Positions 26,608 through 35,586 of a DNA stretch of 64,000 bases are shown in pieces. The notes beneath the pieces were generated by a model. The model was not told the origin of the DNA. It ran no database searches and worked only from the letters and a program-made list of their open reading frames with translations. The position numbers and the translations under genes were made by a program. Each line of letters opens with the position of its first letter. The first letter of the stretch is position 1. Location of the stretch: the IMG/VR virus record IMGVR_UViG_3300023055_000005; one strand, given 5' to 3'. The stretch comes from a virus. Its lineage: Duplodnaviria; Caudoviricetes.

Positions 26608-26817
26608 ATGACCACACAAGTTGCATCCATCGGCATGATGTCGCTGATCGATGACCCTGGGCTGGCATTGGTTGGCGGGATTGGTGGCATGGTGATGGTC
26701 GCTGATGAACAACCGGCGATCATCGGCATGTTGGGTGTCCAGATTCTCATGGATGCCCAAGTCGACCCCACTCTCAAACCCGAATCTGGTGCATTCCTCC
26801 AGATCCAGAAAATCTAG
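26608..26817 (+). CDS. 69-aa partner protein, copy 1
   Basis: AAGGTG RBS; ends ILMDAQVDPTLKPESGAFLQIQKI. Confidence 0.65.
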   Translation: MTTQVASIGMMSLIDDPGLALVGGIGGMVMVADEQPAIIGMLGVQILMDAQVDPTLKPESGAFLQIQKI

Positions 26818-26826
26818 GAGAACCCA

Positions 26827-27957
26827 GTGACTGTTCGATACATCCTTGGCTTTGACGGCTTCGGAGAAGCAGCCAACGCTACAGGCAGTGCTGTCGTAGG
26901 AGCCGGCCTTGTCAATCATCCGGCCAAACCTAGTGTCACAGCACCAGTTGATCGCCCAAACTACACCATCGGTGTAAGTGGTCTTCCCGAGCATAAGTTC
27001 GGTAGCGGGGCCACTCTGAGAAATGCTCTCGCGTGGACGGCTCTCGGCGATGGCAGTTCTGTCGCAGCCTGCAGCGCATTGTTCCCTGTAGCGACTGACG
27101 TGTTTTCCACCGCAGGTGGAGCGAAGAGATTCATGGGCCTGCGTTTGAAGCGTCTGCGCCCACCGGATGCAGGAGCGGAAGCAGGCATCGCAGTAGTCCT
27201 GCTGTCTTTCGGAGGGTCCACGATTCTCGATTACTTGGCCAGCTCCGGTCGTATCGGCATCCCGAACGGCACAAGCCAGGCTGGTCCAACCATGGAACTG
27301 GTCATTGGTCAGGAGTACTACATCGAAATTGAGATGATTCGCAATGCTGCCGGCACCGCCCTGTCCTTTGCGCTGTTCATTGATGGGGTAGAGTTGGCAA
27401 GGTACGCCTCCCCGAAGAGCATTGGGGCGGTTACCAACTTCCGCTTGGGGTCTTCTGCCGCTCCCACTCAGACATGGAAGAGCACACTGCTATTCGGGGA
27501 TATCTACATCGGTGACGAACGCCTTGGTCCCCAGATGATCTTGACGCGCCAGCCAACCAGGACACTGGAAAGCAACTGGACCCCGTCGGAGGGTAACGAT
27601 CCGCTGGCTCTGTTGACCGGAGCTAATGCGGATAACGATGCCAAGTTCATCACGTCCCCGCTGGACAACGCTCCTGACAAGTACAGGATGGACTTCAGCC
27701 TGCCGGAAGGCTATCGCGCAAATTCGGCCGAGCTGTACGTCCGCGCCAAACGAAACGGCGGTTCGGATAGGACCGTAGCCGCCTCGGTGGTCAATGTCAA
27801 AACTGGAGAAGAGGTGGCGCCAACCGGCAACGTCCCCACCGTCTTCAGTCAGAACCAATACGACACCGCGAAACTCTGGTCGACTGGTGTCAGCGAAGAT
27901 CTGATTCCCGCCAACATCAACAACCTGGCAATGACGTTGTCATCGCCGAAGGTTTAA
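26827..27957 (+). CDS. virion-associated beta-rich (lectin/LamG-like) protein, copy 2
   Basis: Paralogue of 25468 (GQEYYIEI, DIYIGD, RLGPQ, NWTPSEGND); AGGAG RBS. Confidence 0.55.
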   Translation: MTVRYILGFDGFGEAANATGSAVVGAGLVNHPAKPSVTAPVDRPNYTIGVSGLPEHKFGSGATLRNALAWTALGDGSSVAACSALFPVATDVFSTAGGAKRFMGLRLKRLRPPDAGAEAGIAVVLLSFGGSTILDYLASSGRIGIPNGTSQAGPTMELVIGQEYYIEIEMIRNAAGTALSFALFIDGVELARYASPKSIGAVTNFRLGSSAAPTQTWKSTLLFGDIYIGDERLGPQMILTRQPTRTLESNWTPSEGNDPLALLTGANADNDAKFITSPLDNAPDKYRMDFSLPEGYRANSAELYVRAKRNGGSDRTVAASVVNVKTGEEVAPTGNVPTVFSQNQYDTAKLWSTGVSEDLIPANINNLAMTLSSPKV

Positions 27958-27966
27958 GGAGGTATC

Positions 27967-28176
27967 GTGGATAACGATGTCTCCAAGGTACAGATGGCGT
28001 TTCTTGTAGACGCCAACGTCAGTGCCAATGTTGCCATGGCGAACTACGCTGTTCTGATGGATGACCCCAGGCCAGTGAATGTTTCTAGCGCTAGCTTGCT
28101 CATCCTCATGGATGCCATCCAGGGCGCTGCGCCTGCTCCTGAGAGCGGAGCACTCCTCCAGATTCAGATCCTCTAA
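27967..28176 (+). CDS. 69-aa partner protein, copy 2
   Basis: AAGGAGGT RBS; ends ILMDAIQGAAPAPESGALLQIQIL. Confidence 0.65.
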   Translation: MDNDVSKVQMAFLVDANVSANVAMANYAVLMDDPRPVNVSSASLLILMDAIQGAAPAPESGALLQIQIL

Positions 28177-28185
28177 GGTAGCCAC

Positions 28186-28728
28186 ATGACCGACCTGTCT
28201 ATCGAGGCACGGGACGTCGTACTGGGTTTGATCAACCAGGACAACGACCTCACCCTCACTCATGACCAGGTGACGTTGGAACCACCGGGTGGTGTAGTGC
28301 CCGGTGAACCCACCACAACGATGCGGGTACGCTCCAAGCCTGCCTTTGATTACGGCGGCATTGTCAATCTCTCCTACGAGCGATTGCAGTTGCAGCAAGT
28401 GATCGATCTGGCGGGCGGGATGAGCATCCTCACCGAAAAGAACGTCACCTTCGAGCAGTTCATCGGCGCCATCGCCGAACTGTACAACATCAACTTCACC
28501 ACGTCCGAGATCGAGCCTGTAGGCGTCTTCGATCTGTCCCAAGGGTTTGACCAGCTCAACGTGCAGGTCAAGGCCAAGGACAGCTCCTACGCTTACTACG
28601 GTCAAGGCGTGATCGTGGCCCACTTCGATTACATCCCGATCCCTGTGGATGAACTGGTGGCCGCTGCGGGGCGTGTGAGCACTGCGGTACGGAAGGGCCT
28701 GTATCTGGTCTTCCATCCTGAAACCTGA
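28186..28728 (+). CDS. virion structural protein; N-terminal domain shared with the tail paralogue family
   Basis: VVLGLINQDN ... YERLQL ... AYYGQ pattern as in the 29345 and 50458-59518 genes. Confidence 0.6.
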   Translation: MTDLSIEARDVVLGLINQDNDLTLTHDQVTLEPPGGVVPGEPTTTMRVRSKPAFDYGGIVNLSYERLQLQQVIDLAGGMSILTEKNVTFEQFIGAIAELYNINFTTSEIEPVGVFDLSQGFDQLNVQVKAKDSSYAYYGQGVIVAHFDYIPIPVDELVAAAGRVSTAVRKGLYLVFHPET

Positions 28729-28745
28729 TCAACCAAGGAAACAAG

Positions 28746-29285
28746 ATGAGCACCAGTCCCGAAGAAGTAATCGAGCGCCTCAACGAAGCAGCCGACGACA
28801 CCGAAGCCAGCAACCTGTTGCTGCGCCAGTTCATCCAGGGCCAGCCCGATGACGTCGTCGAACTCGAAGACGGCAACATTCCCACCCTGCGTGGCCTGCT
28901 TGAAGAAGTCCGCAACCGCGCTGGTTCGCGTCGCTTCAACATCAACTTCTCCGTCAATGACCTGACCCGTTACGAGATGAAGGCCGAACCTCTGTTCGGT
29001 GCTTTCATCGGCGAGGCAGTCGTGGTGGACAAGGCGCTGAGTTCATGCATCTTCGGCCTCAACGTCGCCCCGACCTCCGAGGTCAGCTTGCAGATCAACA
29101 TCGGTGCCCATCGCTTCGATGTGGTCTTCGCTGCTGGCAGCAAGGTCGGCACGGTGGTGGGTGGTTCGGACGAACTGATCCACATCGCCCGTGGCGCTGC
29201 GCTGGAGGTGACGCTGAACAGCTACGCCCGTGGTTCCTCGCAGCTGCGTCTGATGATGGAACTGATGATCGAAGAGATCTACTGA
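28746..29285 (+). CDS. probable tail/baseplate-associated protein
   Basis: N-terminal GQPDDVVELEDGNIPTLRGL resembles fibre/spike attachment segments; structural neighbourhood. Confidence 0.5.
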   Translation: MSTSPEEVIERLNEAADDTEASNLLLRQFIQGQPDDVVELEDGNIPTLRGLLEEVRNRAGSRRFNINFSVNDLTRYEMKAEPLFGAFIGEAVVVDKALSSCIFGLNVAPTSEVSLQINIGAHRFDVVFAAGSKVGTVVGGSDELIHIARGAALEVTLNSYARGSSQLRLMMELMIEEIY

Positions 29286-29287
29286 GC

Positions 29288-29327
29288 GGCATAAATAGAG
29301 GAGGGGCCGAAGCCCCTCCTCTATGCC
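29288..29327. terminator. bidirectional GGCATA-hairpin-TATGCC between convergent genes
   Basis: TAGAGGAGGGGC-CGAA-GCCCCTCCTCTA. Confidence 0.85.
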
Positions 29328-29344
29328 CTTAGGCGCGATGGCGA

Positions 29345-30499
29345 TTAGCCGTTCGCAGCTTCGGTGATGGACACTTCGGCAGCCGCCAGCACGCGCGGAG
29401 CGATCGAGTCCAGACGGCGAGCCTGCACGGCGATGTAGAAATCGCCCAGCAGTGCGCCGGCTTCGTTGGTGGTCACGCCCTGGAACGCGTCGGCGTAGAA
29501 CGAGGCGCGCTGGATTTCCTGGATCAGGTCACCGGAGGCCGAGAAGTAGGCGTCGGTGATTTCCACGCCAGCAGCTTCGTCCTTCAGCGACAGGGTGCCG
29601 TCGGCGTTCTTCACGGCGACCAGGTGCAGACCGGAGGTACGGTCGGCGGTCTGGATGAACACCTCGACCGCGTACAGGTCGAGCACGGCGGTGCCGTGGG
29701 TCTTGTCCAGCAGGCCGATCGAGAACGGGACGTTCCAGTCGCCGTCAGCAGCGATGGCGGTCGAGTACTTCGGCAGGGCGCCGTCGACCGGGGCGAAGGT
29801 GTTGATGTCCTTCCAGCGGCGAGCGCCGATGGCCACTTCCAGTTCGCCGTTGTTGTTGGCGACCAGGTTGCCCACCGGGTTGCCGGTGCCCATGAACAGC
29901 GTGCCTTCTTCGGTCTGGAACGCTTCGTTGACCGCCACGTTCTGCTGCACCTTCGGCTTGATCAGGCCCGAGACGATGCCGGCCGGGTACTTCAGGCCGT
30001 TCAGGACGGTCTTGACGATCACCGAGCTCAGCGGCGGCTTGCCGTCGGTCAGGATGATCTTCAGTTCGCCGATCCAGGCGAACGAGGTCGTCTTGGTCTT
30101 CAGGGTGTAGTCGATCGGGAACTCGCCGGTCGGCAGGGCTTCGAAGACGATGTCGTCCTCGTCCAGGCCCAGGCCGAAGGTTTCGTTGATCTCGGTGACC
30201 AGCTCGCTGGAGTTGGTCAGGCCAACGGCGCGCAGTTCCAGTTCCGGCAGGCCGGCGTCGTCGAACAGCTTCTGCAGGTCCAGACGCTGGTAGGCGGTGG
30301 TGACTTCGCCACCGAAGCGGCTTTCGGCCTTGGCAGTGATCTTGACGGTGGAGTTGACCTCTTCGCCCTGGGTGGCATCGGCCACCGGGTCAGCGAAGTC
30401 GACGTCGTCGAAGGTCAGCGGACCGTAGATCATTTCCGCGGCGTTCTCTTCGTTGACGAGCGCGAGCAGACGATCCTTGCTCTTGTCATTGAGCGACAT
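29345..30499 (-). CDS. virion structural protein, tail paralogue family
   Basis: LLALVNEEN, YQRLDL, FAWIG, LSSVIVKTVLNGLKYP and NNGEL shared with the 50458-59518 array. Confidence 0.7.
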   Translation of the reverse strand: MSLNDKSKDRLLALVNEENAAEMIYGPLTFDDVDFADPVADATQGEEVNSTVKITAKAESRFGGEVTTAYQRLDLQKLFDDAGLPELELRAVGLTNSSELVTEINETFGLGLDEDDIVFEALPTGEFPIDYTLKTKTTSFAWIGELKIILTDGKPPLSSVIVKTVLNGLKYPAGIVSGLIKPKVQQNVAVNEAFQTEEGTLFMGTGNPVGNLVANNNGELEVAIGARRWKDINTFAPVDGALPKYSTAIAADGDWNVPFSIGLLDKTHGTAVLDLYAVEVFIQTADRTSGLHLVAVKNADGTLSLKDEAAGVEITDAYFSASGDLIQEIQRASFYADAFQGVTTNEAGALLGDFYIAVQARRLDSIAPRVLAAAEVSITEAANG

Positions 30500-30620
30500 G
30501 GTATTACCTCTAGCTAGTAAGGTGGGATGCGCATTGGTAGGCTAAGGCCGGAAGTAATCTGGCCCCGCCCACATAGAATAGATGGGCATCTTAGAACCCG
30601 ATTCCAAAAACTTTCACCTA

Positions 30621-30646
30621 TACATCACCTAGCTGAAGTAGTACAA
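30621..30646 (+). promoter_or_regulatory. early promoter candidate with extended downstream box
   Basis: TACATCACCTAGCTGAAGTAGTACA. Confidence 0.7.
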
Positions 30647-30761
30647 CCAATCGTCCCCAAGTCCTCAATCTATCATCCCTTCCAATCAAACGGAAAGGCT
30701 GATAGGTGGGTGACTTGACTCAACTATTTTTTCTTTCGTGTAACCCCAGAGGAGAAACATC

Positions 30762-32189
30762 GTGGCATATCGTCCCCGTAAGAATCGTCCGGTGACCAAG
30801 ACAGCCGTAAAGAAAGCTGCACCCCGCAAGACCCAGGTGCAGAAGGAAGCAGAACGCAAGCTGATCGAAACCGATGCGGCCAAGAACGAGCGCTACAACA
30901 ATCAGGCGGTACATGAGCTGTTCAACAAGTACAGCGACCGTGTCCGCGATCTGACCTTCGTACACGAACATGCTCCATTCGAGCCCAACATCTACAACGG
31001 CCTGGGCATGAGCGAGAGCTTCGTGCGCAGCATGCTGCAACTGGCATGGACCATCTTCCCCGATACGCTGCGCAGCAGCTACCAGGGCAAGACCGTGGAG
31101 ATGGCCTCACCCAAGGGCTGGCTGCCGATCACCTTCCTGAAGCTGGCCAAGGGCCTGAACTTCGGTGGGGAAGCGGTGATGTTGACGATGGACCGACTGG
31201 ACAAACAAGCGGACATCTTCGACGAACTGCTGGACATGCCGTTCCTGATGGGCTCACGTACTCTGACCTTCACCGGTCTGGTACTCGCACTGAACCTCAG
31301 CGAGCTGAGCGAAGACTCCAGTCGCAGCGAGGAAGAGCAGGATCTGCTCGAACGCATGTGCGGCTACTACATGGGCCGCATCGCAGCACAAGGGCTGATC
31401 TTCCGCTGTGGCTTCATCAGCATGGCAGTTGAGCAGAACGTCGCCGCTGAAGAGGCCATGTTCAAGCACGTGGATGAACGCTTCCAGAGTCTGCTGAATA
31501 TCGCAGATGCTCCGGACGCGTTGGCCAACCCGAACCTGGAGCAGTTCGAAGAGGCCATCATTCAGGCCTCGACCTATGGCCGGATCGGCACCTATGTTCG
31601 CATGGGCTTCCTCGACACCATGGGTTACTTCGATGACCTGCTGACCAAGCATCCCGAGCTGATGGAAGCACCGCTCGACTCCCAGCAGCACAAGGGATCC
31701 AAGATTACCCTCTCGACCGAAGATGGCGCGTTGGTCGTGCGGGTGAATTACAAGGCCACTCGTGGCCAGCGCCAGGCTGCAGCTGAGTACGTTCGTCCGA
31801 TCGAGGATGACGAACTCGAAGCAGCTCCTCTGAAAGAAACCAAGTCCACTCTCAAGCCCAAAAAGGAACGTACCATGTCCGCAGCTACCAACACCGTCGT
31901 CCGTCGTCCGCGCCCCTCCGCTTCGCTGGCCCAGCACGCCGGTCGTGTCGATCCCAACCACCAGAAGACCACCTTTCTCCAGGACGCCCAGGACTTCGGT
32001 GCCCGTACCAAGGCCCGCACCGAAACCCAGATCCGTCGCGGCGCCAACCGCGCCAAGAACGTGTTCCATGAAACCGTGCACAACAAGAAGCGCCTGGTCG
32101 CCATCGGCGTGGGTGCGGCAGTGGTGATCGGGACGGTGATGCTGATCAATCACCTGAACAATGATGGTCCCGCGCTGATCGACGCCTAA
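30762..32189 (+). CDS. hypothetical protein with basic N-terminus and C-terminal membrane anchor
   Basis: AGGAG RBS, GTG start; KKRLVAIGVGAAVVIGTVMLI near the C-terminus; possible internal start at 31875. Confidence 0.75.
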   Translation: MAYRPRKNRPVTKTAVKKAAPRKTQVQKEAERKLIETDAAKNERYNNQAVHELFNKYSDRVRDLTFVHEHAPFEPNIYNGLGMSESFVRSMLQLAWTIFPDTLRSSYQGKTVEMASPKGWLPITFLKLAKGLNFGGEAVMLTMDRLDKQADIFDELLDMPFLMGSRTLTFTGLVLALNLSELSEDSSRSEEEQDLLERMCGYYMGRIAAQGLIFRCGFISMAVEQNVAAEEAMFKHVDERFQSLLNIADAPDALANPNLEQFEEAIIQASTYGRIGTYVRMGFLDTMGYFDDLLTKHPELMEAPLDSQQHKGSKITLSTEDGALVVRVNYKATRGQRQAAAEYVRPIEDDELEAAPLKETKSTLKPKKERTMSAATNTVVRRPRPSASLAQHAGRVDPNHQKTTFLQDAQDFGARTKARTETQIRRGANRAKNVFHETVHNKKRLVAIGVGAAVVIGTVMLINHLNNDGPALIDA

Positions 32190-32206
32190 GAACCGCAAGC
32201 GTCCAC

Positions 32207-32236
32207 GAGAGGGGAGTAGTTATCTACTCTCCTCTC
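32207..32236. terminator. hairpin
   Basis: GAGAGGGGAGTAG/CTACTCTCCTCTC. Confidence 0.6.
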
Positions 32237-32239
32237 CTA

Positions 32240-32701
32240 TTGGACGGAGGAAAGAGACGAATGTCCGTCGTGATAAAACAACCCGCTATGCGCGATACCC
32301 TGACTCGAATTTTTGAGAGCGTGGACAAGTTGGCCAGAAACGTAGGCTTCCTGTTCATGCATTTCGTCCTTCAAGGTAAGGTTGGCATGTTCAACTACGA
32401 CTTTGAAGAAAACGAAGAAGACGGCCTGATCCACGTTCGTGGCAACGGCATTGAACCAAACCGCTACATCAAGTTCCGCATCGAGAACCGTTGGATGGCG
32501 AGCAAGAGCAAGTTGCCCCCTTCCGCAGTTCGTGACATCTTCTCCCGCATCATCACCGCTGGGTTTTCTGTGACCGGTTTCCTCTACAAGGGATACTGGT
32601 ACACACCCTACGGTGCACCAACCCGCCAACTTGGTGGTGACCATACGTTCGCAGACTATCGCCTCTGGAACAAGGACACCGCCGCTCAACTATCCCAGTA
32701 A
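32240..32701 (+). CDS. hypothetical protein
   Basis: 153-aa ORF; start may be ATG32261. Confidence 0.65.
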   Translation: MDGGKRRMSVVIKQPAMRDTLTRIFESVDKLARNVGFLFMHFVLQGKVGMFNYDFEENEEDGLIHVRGNGIEPNRYIKFRIENRWMASKSKLPPSAVRDIFSRIITAGFSVTGFLYKGYWYTPYGAPTRQLGGDHTFADYRLWNKDTAAQLSQ

Positions 32702-32709
32702 GGAGCATC

Positions 32710-33210
32710 ATGAACGCAGTCGCAAACCCCGTCACCGGTCCCGCGCTCGGTGAAGTAGCCCTGGCCATGGGCAAAGTCTTCCATCATGCTTTCTGCCCGT
32801 CTGCCGAGTGTGAAGCCGGCTGGCGCAAGATCGCCAAGATGTTCAAGGAGGTGGACAAGCGCACCGCCTACTTCCACATCGCTATCGGCCACAACAAGCT
32901 GGTGATGACCAACTACGACGACAGGGGTCGTCAGCTTGTGAGCGCGACGCGTTCGTTTGATCGCCCCCGCGGGAAGCACGCAGCAAAGCAGCTCACCGGA
33001 GCTGAGCTGATGGATCTGGAACGCTCCATGTTCCACCTGACCGAGCACGAACATCTGCGCAAGATGGAAGTGCAGACGTTGATGGATATCCACCTGCCCA
33101 ATGTGGTCGATGAAATGAACCTGTCGATCTGCCTGAGCGAAGATGGTCGTCGACGCTTCCGCGTTGAACGTAACCCCAAGTTCGAACCGTCGATCTTCCG
33201 CACCATCTAA
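32710..33210 (+). CDS. hypothetical protein
   Basis: AAGGAG RBS; 166 aa. Confidence 0.7.
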   Translation: MNAVANPVTGPALGEVALAMGKVFHHAFCPSAECEAGWRKIAKMFKEVDKRTAYFHIAIGHNKLVMTNYDDRGRQLVSATRSFDRPRGKHAAKQLTGAELMDLERSMFHLTEHEHLRKMEVQTLMDIHLPNVVDEMNLSICLSEDGRRRFRVERNPKFEPSIFRTI

Positions 33211-33212
33211 AC

Positions 33213-33275
33213 GGCATAGGCTCCAGCTACCCGCAGGGGTAGCTGGAGCTATGTCCTTACTCTTTTTTTTTTGCC
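33213..33275. terminator. GGCATA-hairpin-TATGTC plus T-tract between convergent genes
   Basis: GCTCCAGCTACCC-GCAG-GGGTAGCTGGAGC, 13-bp perfect stem. Confidence 0.85.
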
Positions 33276-34835
33276 TTATGCGGCGACTGAGCCCATCTCG
33301 AAACTATCGAACCATGGCATTTCTTCGCTCGTTCCAATCGCACCACCACCCGGCTTGCGGAGAGTAGTGTCCTTACCGTTGAAGTCCCACAGCAACGTGC
33401 CGATCTTCTGGAACGGAAGCGCGAAGTACATGTCGCGGTCTTCCGTCTGGTCGATGAGCCCTCGATGCTTACCACGTTGGAATGTGAGGTAGGCTCTACC
33501 ATCGATCTTGACGATGTGGATGTAGTACTCCAGATCCACTTCCTGATCGATACCCTTACAGCCGTCCCAATAACCCAGGTTCGCAACTTCCTTGACGAAG
33601 TCCGACTCAGAGATACCATCGCGCAGCTTCTGCTTTGCGTCAGAGGACAACTGGTGAGGGGTCATGATGTGAATACCCTTAGCCGAGCCAAGGTTACGCA
33701 CACGACGGATCAGATCCTTGATCTCGGCACCCGTTGCACCATGGGTACAGCCAGCCTTGTTGAACATGGCCAGGTAGTCGATCACCAGCAGGTGGATCTC
33801 ATAACCCATCGCCTCGAAGCGATTGATACGATCCTGCAAGCTGGCGTAGGAGAAGTCCGACGGGTTGACACGGACCATGTTGATCTCATAGCCCATCTGC
33901 GTCAGCTTACCGATGGTGTACTCGGCAATCTCTTCAGCAGAGAACTGAGTGGAGTCGATCTTGACCCCTTCCAGATTCTCCTTGATGAACTTGAACATCC
34001 ACAGCAGCTTATCACTCACCTTGTCCTCGGTGGAGATAAGCATCATCATCGGCTTCTTGGTCTTGTCCTTCAGGTAGGGCGTGTTGAACATGCACGCTGT
34101 AGCAAACACAGCGTTACACCAGCCCGACTTGAACTTGTGCTGCAGTGCACCCACCAAAGACATGTCACCGCGCCGCAGGCCCTTGTGGTGGCCCAGCATG
34201 CGCATGAAGCCCTGATACCCGACGATCATCACACCGTCGGTCTGGTTCTCTTCCTTGGCGCGTTCTACGGCGCCTGCGATCTTGGTAATGTCATCGAAGG
34301 TCAGATCGTTGTCATCTTGCTCGATGACAGCGGTGGCGTCGCTTCGATAGGGTTCCAGCTTGTCCATCAGATCTTGGACGTAGGTGCGCCAGTCAATACT
34401 GCCCGAATTGAACATCAGGGTACTGGAGGCCGAGCGAACCAGGCTGGTCACTGCATTGTTGCGATGGTAGTGGATCAGGTCACGACGATGGGACAACGCC
34501 TCATCACGGATCTTTTCCTGGTCGTCGATGTCGCGGATGCCCTGTTCGATGGCGTCAAACAGCCACGTCTCGTCACCCACGTTCACACGTATTCTTTGAA
34601 GCAATGCTTCCTTGTCTACAGACCGCTCTGCCTTGCGGTCAATGAGCCAGAGCACTGTTGCCCGCAGCCCCGTCATCACCTCACGTCCATGGTCGGTTTC
34701 GATCACGGACTCAGGAAGCTTGATGGAGTTCAAGGTCTCACGGATGAGATCATCAGAGCCAGAGCCATAGTCGGCAATCTGGCTTTCGCGGAACAACAGA
34801 GTTACCGCTTTTACGAGGAGGAGTTTTGCATCCAT
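33276..34835 (-). CDS. dnaB: DnaB-like replicative helicase (phiKZ gp118-like)
   Basis: Variant Walker A LVGALQHKFKS, Walker B LLVIDYL, HQLS and DQEVDLE; divergent from the capsid block as in phiKZ. Confidence 0.85.
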   Translation of the reverse strand: MDAKLLLVKAVTLLFRESQIADYGSGSDDLIRETLNSIKLPESVIETDHGREVMTGLRATVLWLIDRKAERSVDKEALLQRIRVNVGDETWLFDAIEQGIRDIDDQEKIRDEALSHRRDLIHYHRNNAVTSLVRSASSTLMFNSGSIDWRTYVQDLMDKLEPYRSDATAVIEQDDNDLTFDDITKIAGAVERAKEENQTDGVMIVGYQGFMRMLGHHKGLRRGDMSLVGALQHKFKSGWCNAVFATACMFNTPYLKDKTKKPMMMLISTEDKVSDKLLWMFKFIKENLEGVKIDSTQFSAEEIAEYTIGKLTQMGYEINMVRVNPSDFSYASLQDRINRFEAMGYEIHLLVIDYLAMFNKAGCTHGATGAEIKDLIRRVRNLGSAKGIHIMTPHQLSSDAKQKLRDGISESDFVKEVANLGYWDGCKGIDQEVDLEYYIHIVKIDGRAYLTFQRGKHRGLIDQTEDRDMYFALPFQKIGTLLWDFNGKDTTLRKPGGGAIGTSEEMPWFDSFEMGSVAA

Positions 34836-34871
34836 TTGTATGAACACTTTTTCTTAAAGAGGATTTTTTCG

Positions 34872-35381
34872 ATGAAGATGCTGTTCGCACCCCTCTGGAT
34901 GATGCGCGCCATTGAGGCTGCGTCGCTCCCCAGAAGTGCACTGGTCAACATCCCCAAACTTTTGGGCATAGTATCGCCTGAGGATGTAAGACTTTATGTC
35001 GGACTGAATCTCCGTCTGGACGACATCCTCCCGAAGCCCATCACTGGCTCCTTCCACCAGTGCGATCTGCTGCCGCGGAGCGATGAATGCGAGGAGACTC
35101 GCCGTCGTTTGGACCTCGGTGAAGACTTCAATGCGTCGATTACCGACAAACGTATGAAGGATTGCGCTGAAGAGCTGGGCAAGTATGTACTTTCTTGCTA
35201 CCCATTCTCTGAAGACACGGTGCTGATTTATCAGACCTCCACCGTGGGCGTCACCGACATGGCTGCTCTGTACACCGACGTCATGAAGATCCTCAACACC
35301 AAGATGCCGTTCGAAGAGCTCATGCAAGAGCCCTGCGCACGCGCATGGCTCCGCCATACCCTCGATCAGCAAGCGGCCTAA
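34872..35381 (+). CDS. conserved protein upstream of the capsid gene (phiKZ gp119 position)
   Basis: 3' part of the 33465 track ORF; GAGGA RBS before ATG34872; synteny. Confidence 0.65.
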   Translation: MKMLFAPLWMMRAIEAASLPRSALVNIPKLLGIVSPEDVRLYVGLNLRLDDILPKPITGSFHQCDLLPRSDECEETRRRLDLGEDFNASITDKRMKDCAEELGKYVLSCYPFSEDTVLIYQTSTVGVTDMAALYTDVMKILNTKMPFEELMQEPCARAWLRHTLDQQAA

Positions 35382-35395
35382 CAAGGCCTGACAAC

Positions 35396-35556
35396 CGCAT
35401 TAGGCTTTTGCCTATTCTCCAGAATGCGTGTGATTTCCTGTATGGTATGGACAGGTTATCCCCGCAGGTGGAGGCAGTCCAAGGACAGGGTCGGGCTAGT
35501 TGCAGCTCCCTAGGAAGATATTCTATGGGAAAAGTGGCCGCCCCTCGCCCGATCCT
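35396..35556 (+). ncRNA. structured intergenic RNA / capsid mRNA leader candidate
   Basis: Stems 35396-35428 and 35432-35460; 10-bp AGGGTCGGGC/GCCCGATCCT (35487-96/35547-56) enclosing a further hairpin. Confidence 0.4.
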
Positions 35557-35586
35557 ATTCTCACCAAACCGTCAAGGAACCCAGAA

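Noticed and set aside
25468-27957. Diversity-generating retroelement (TR/VR) explanation for the paralogue pairs and the tail array
   Set aside because: Differences inspected are synonymous and not adenine-specific; no reverse transcriptase in the window
33465-34871. 5' three-quarters of the 638-aa + strand ORF
   Set aside because: Antisense shadow of the DnaB gene; only the part from ATG34872 has an RBS and gene-like sequence
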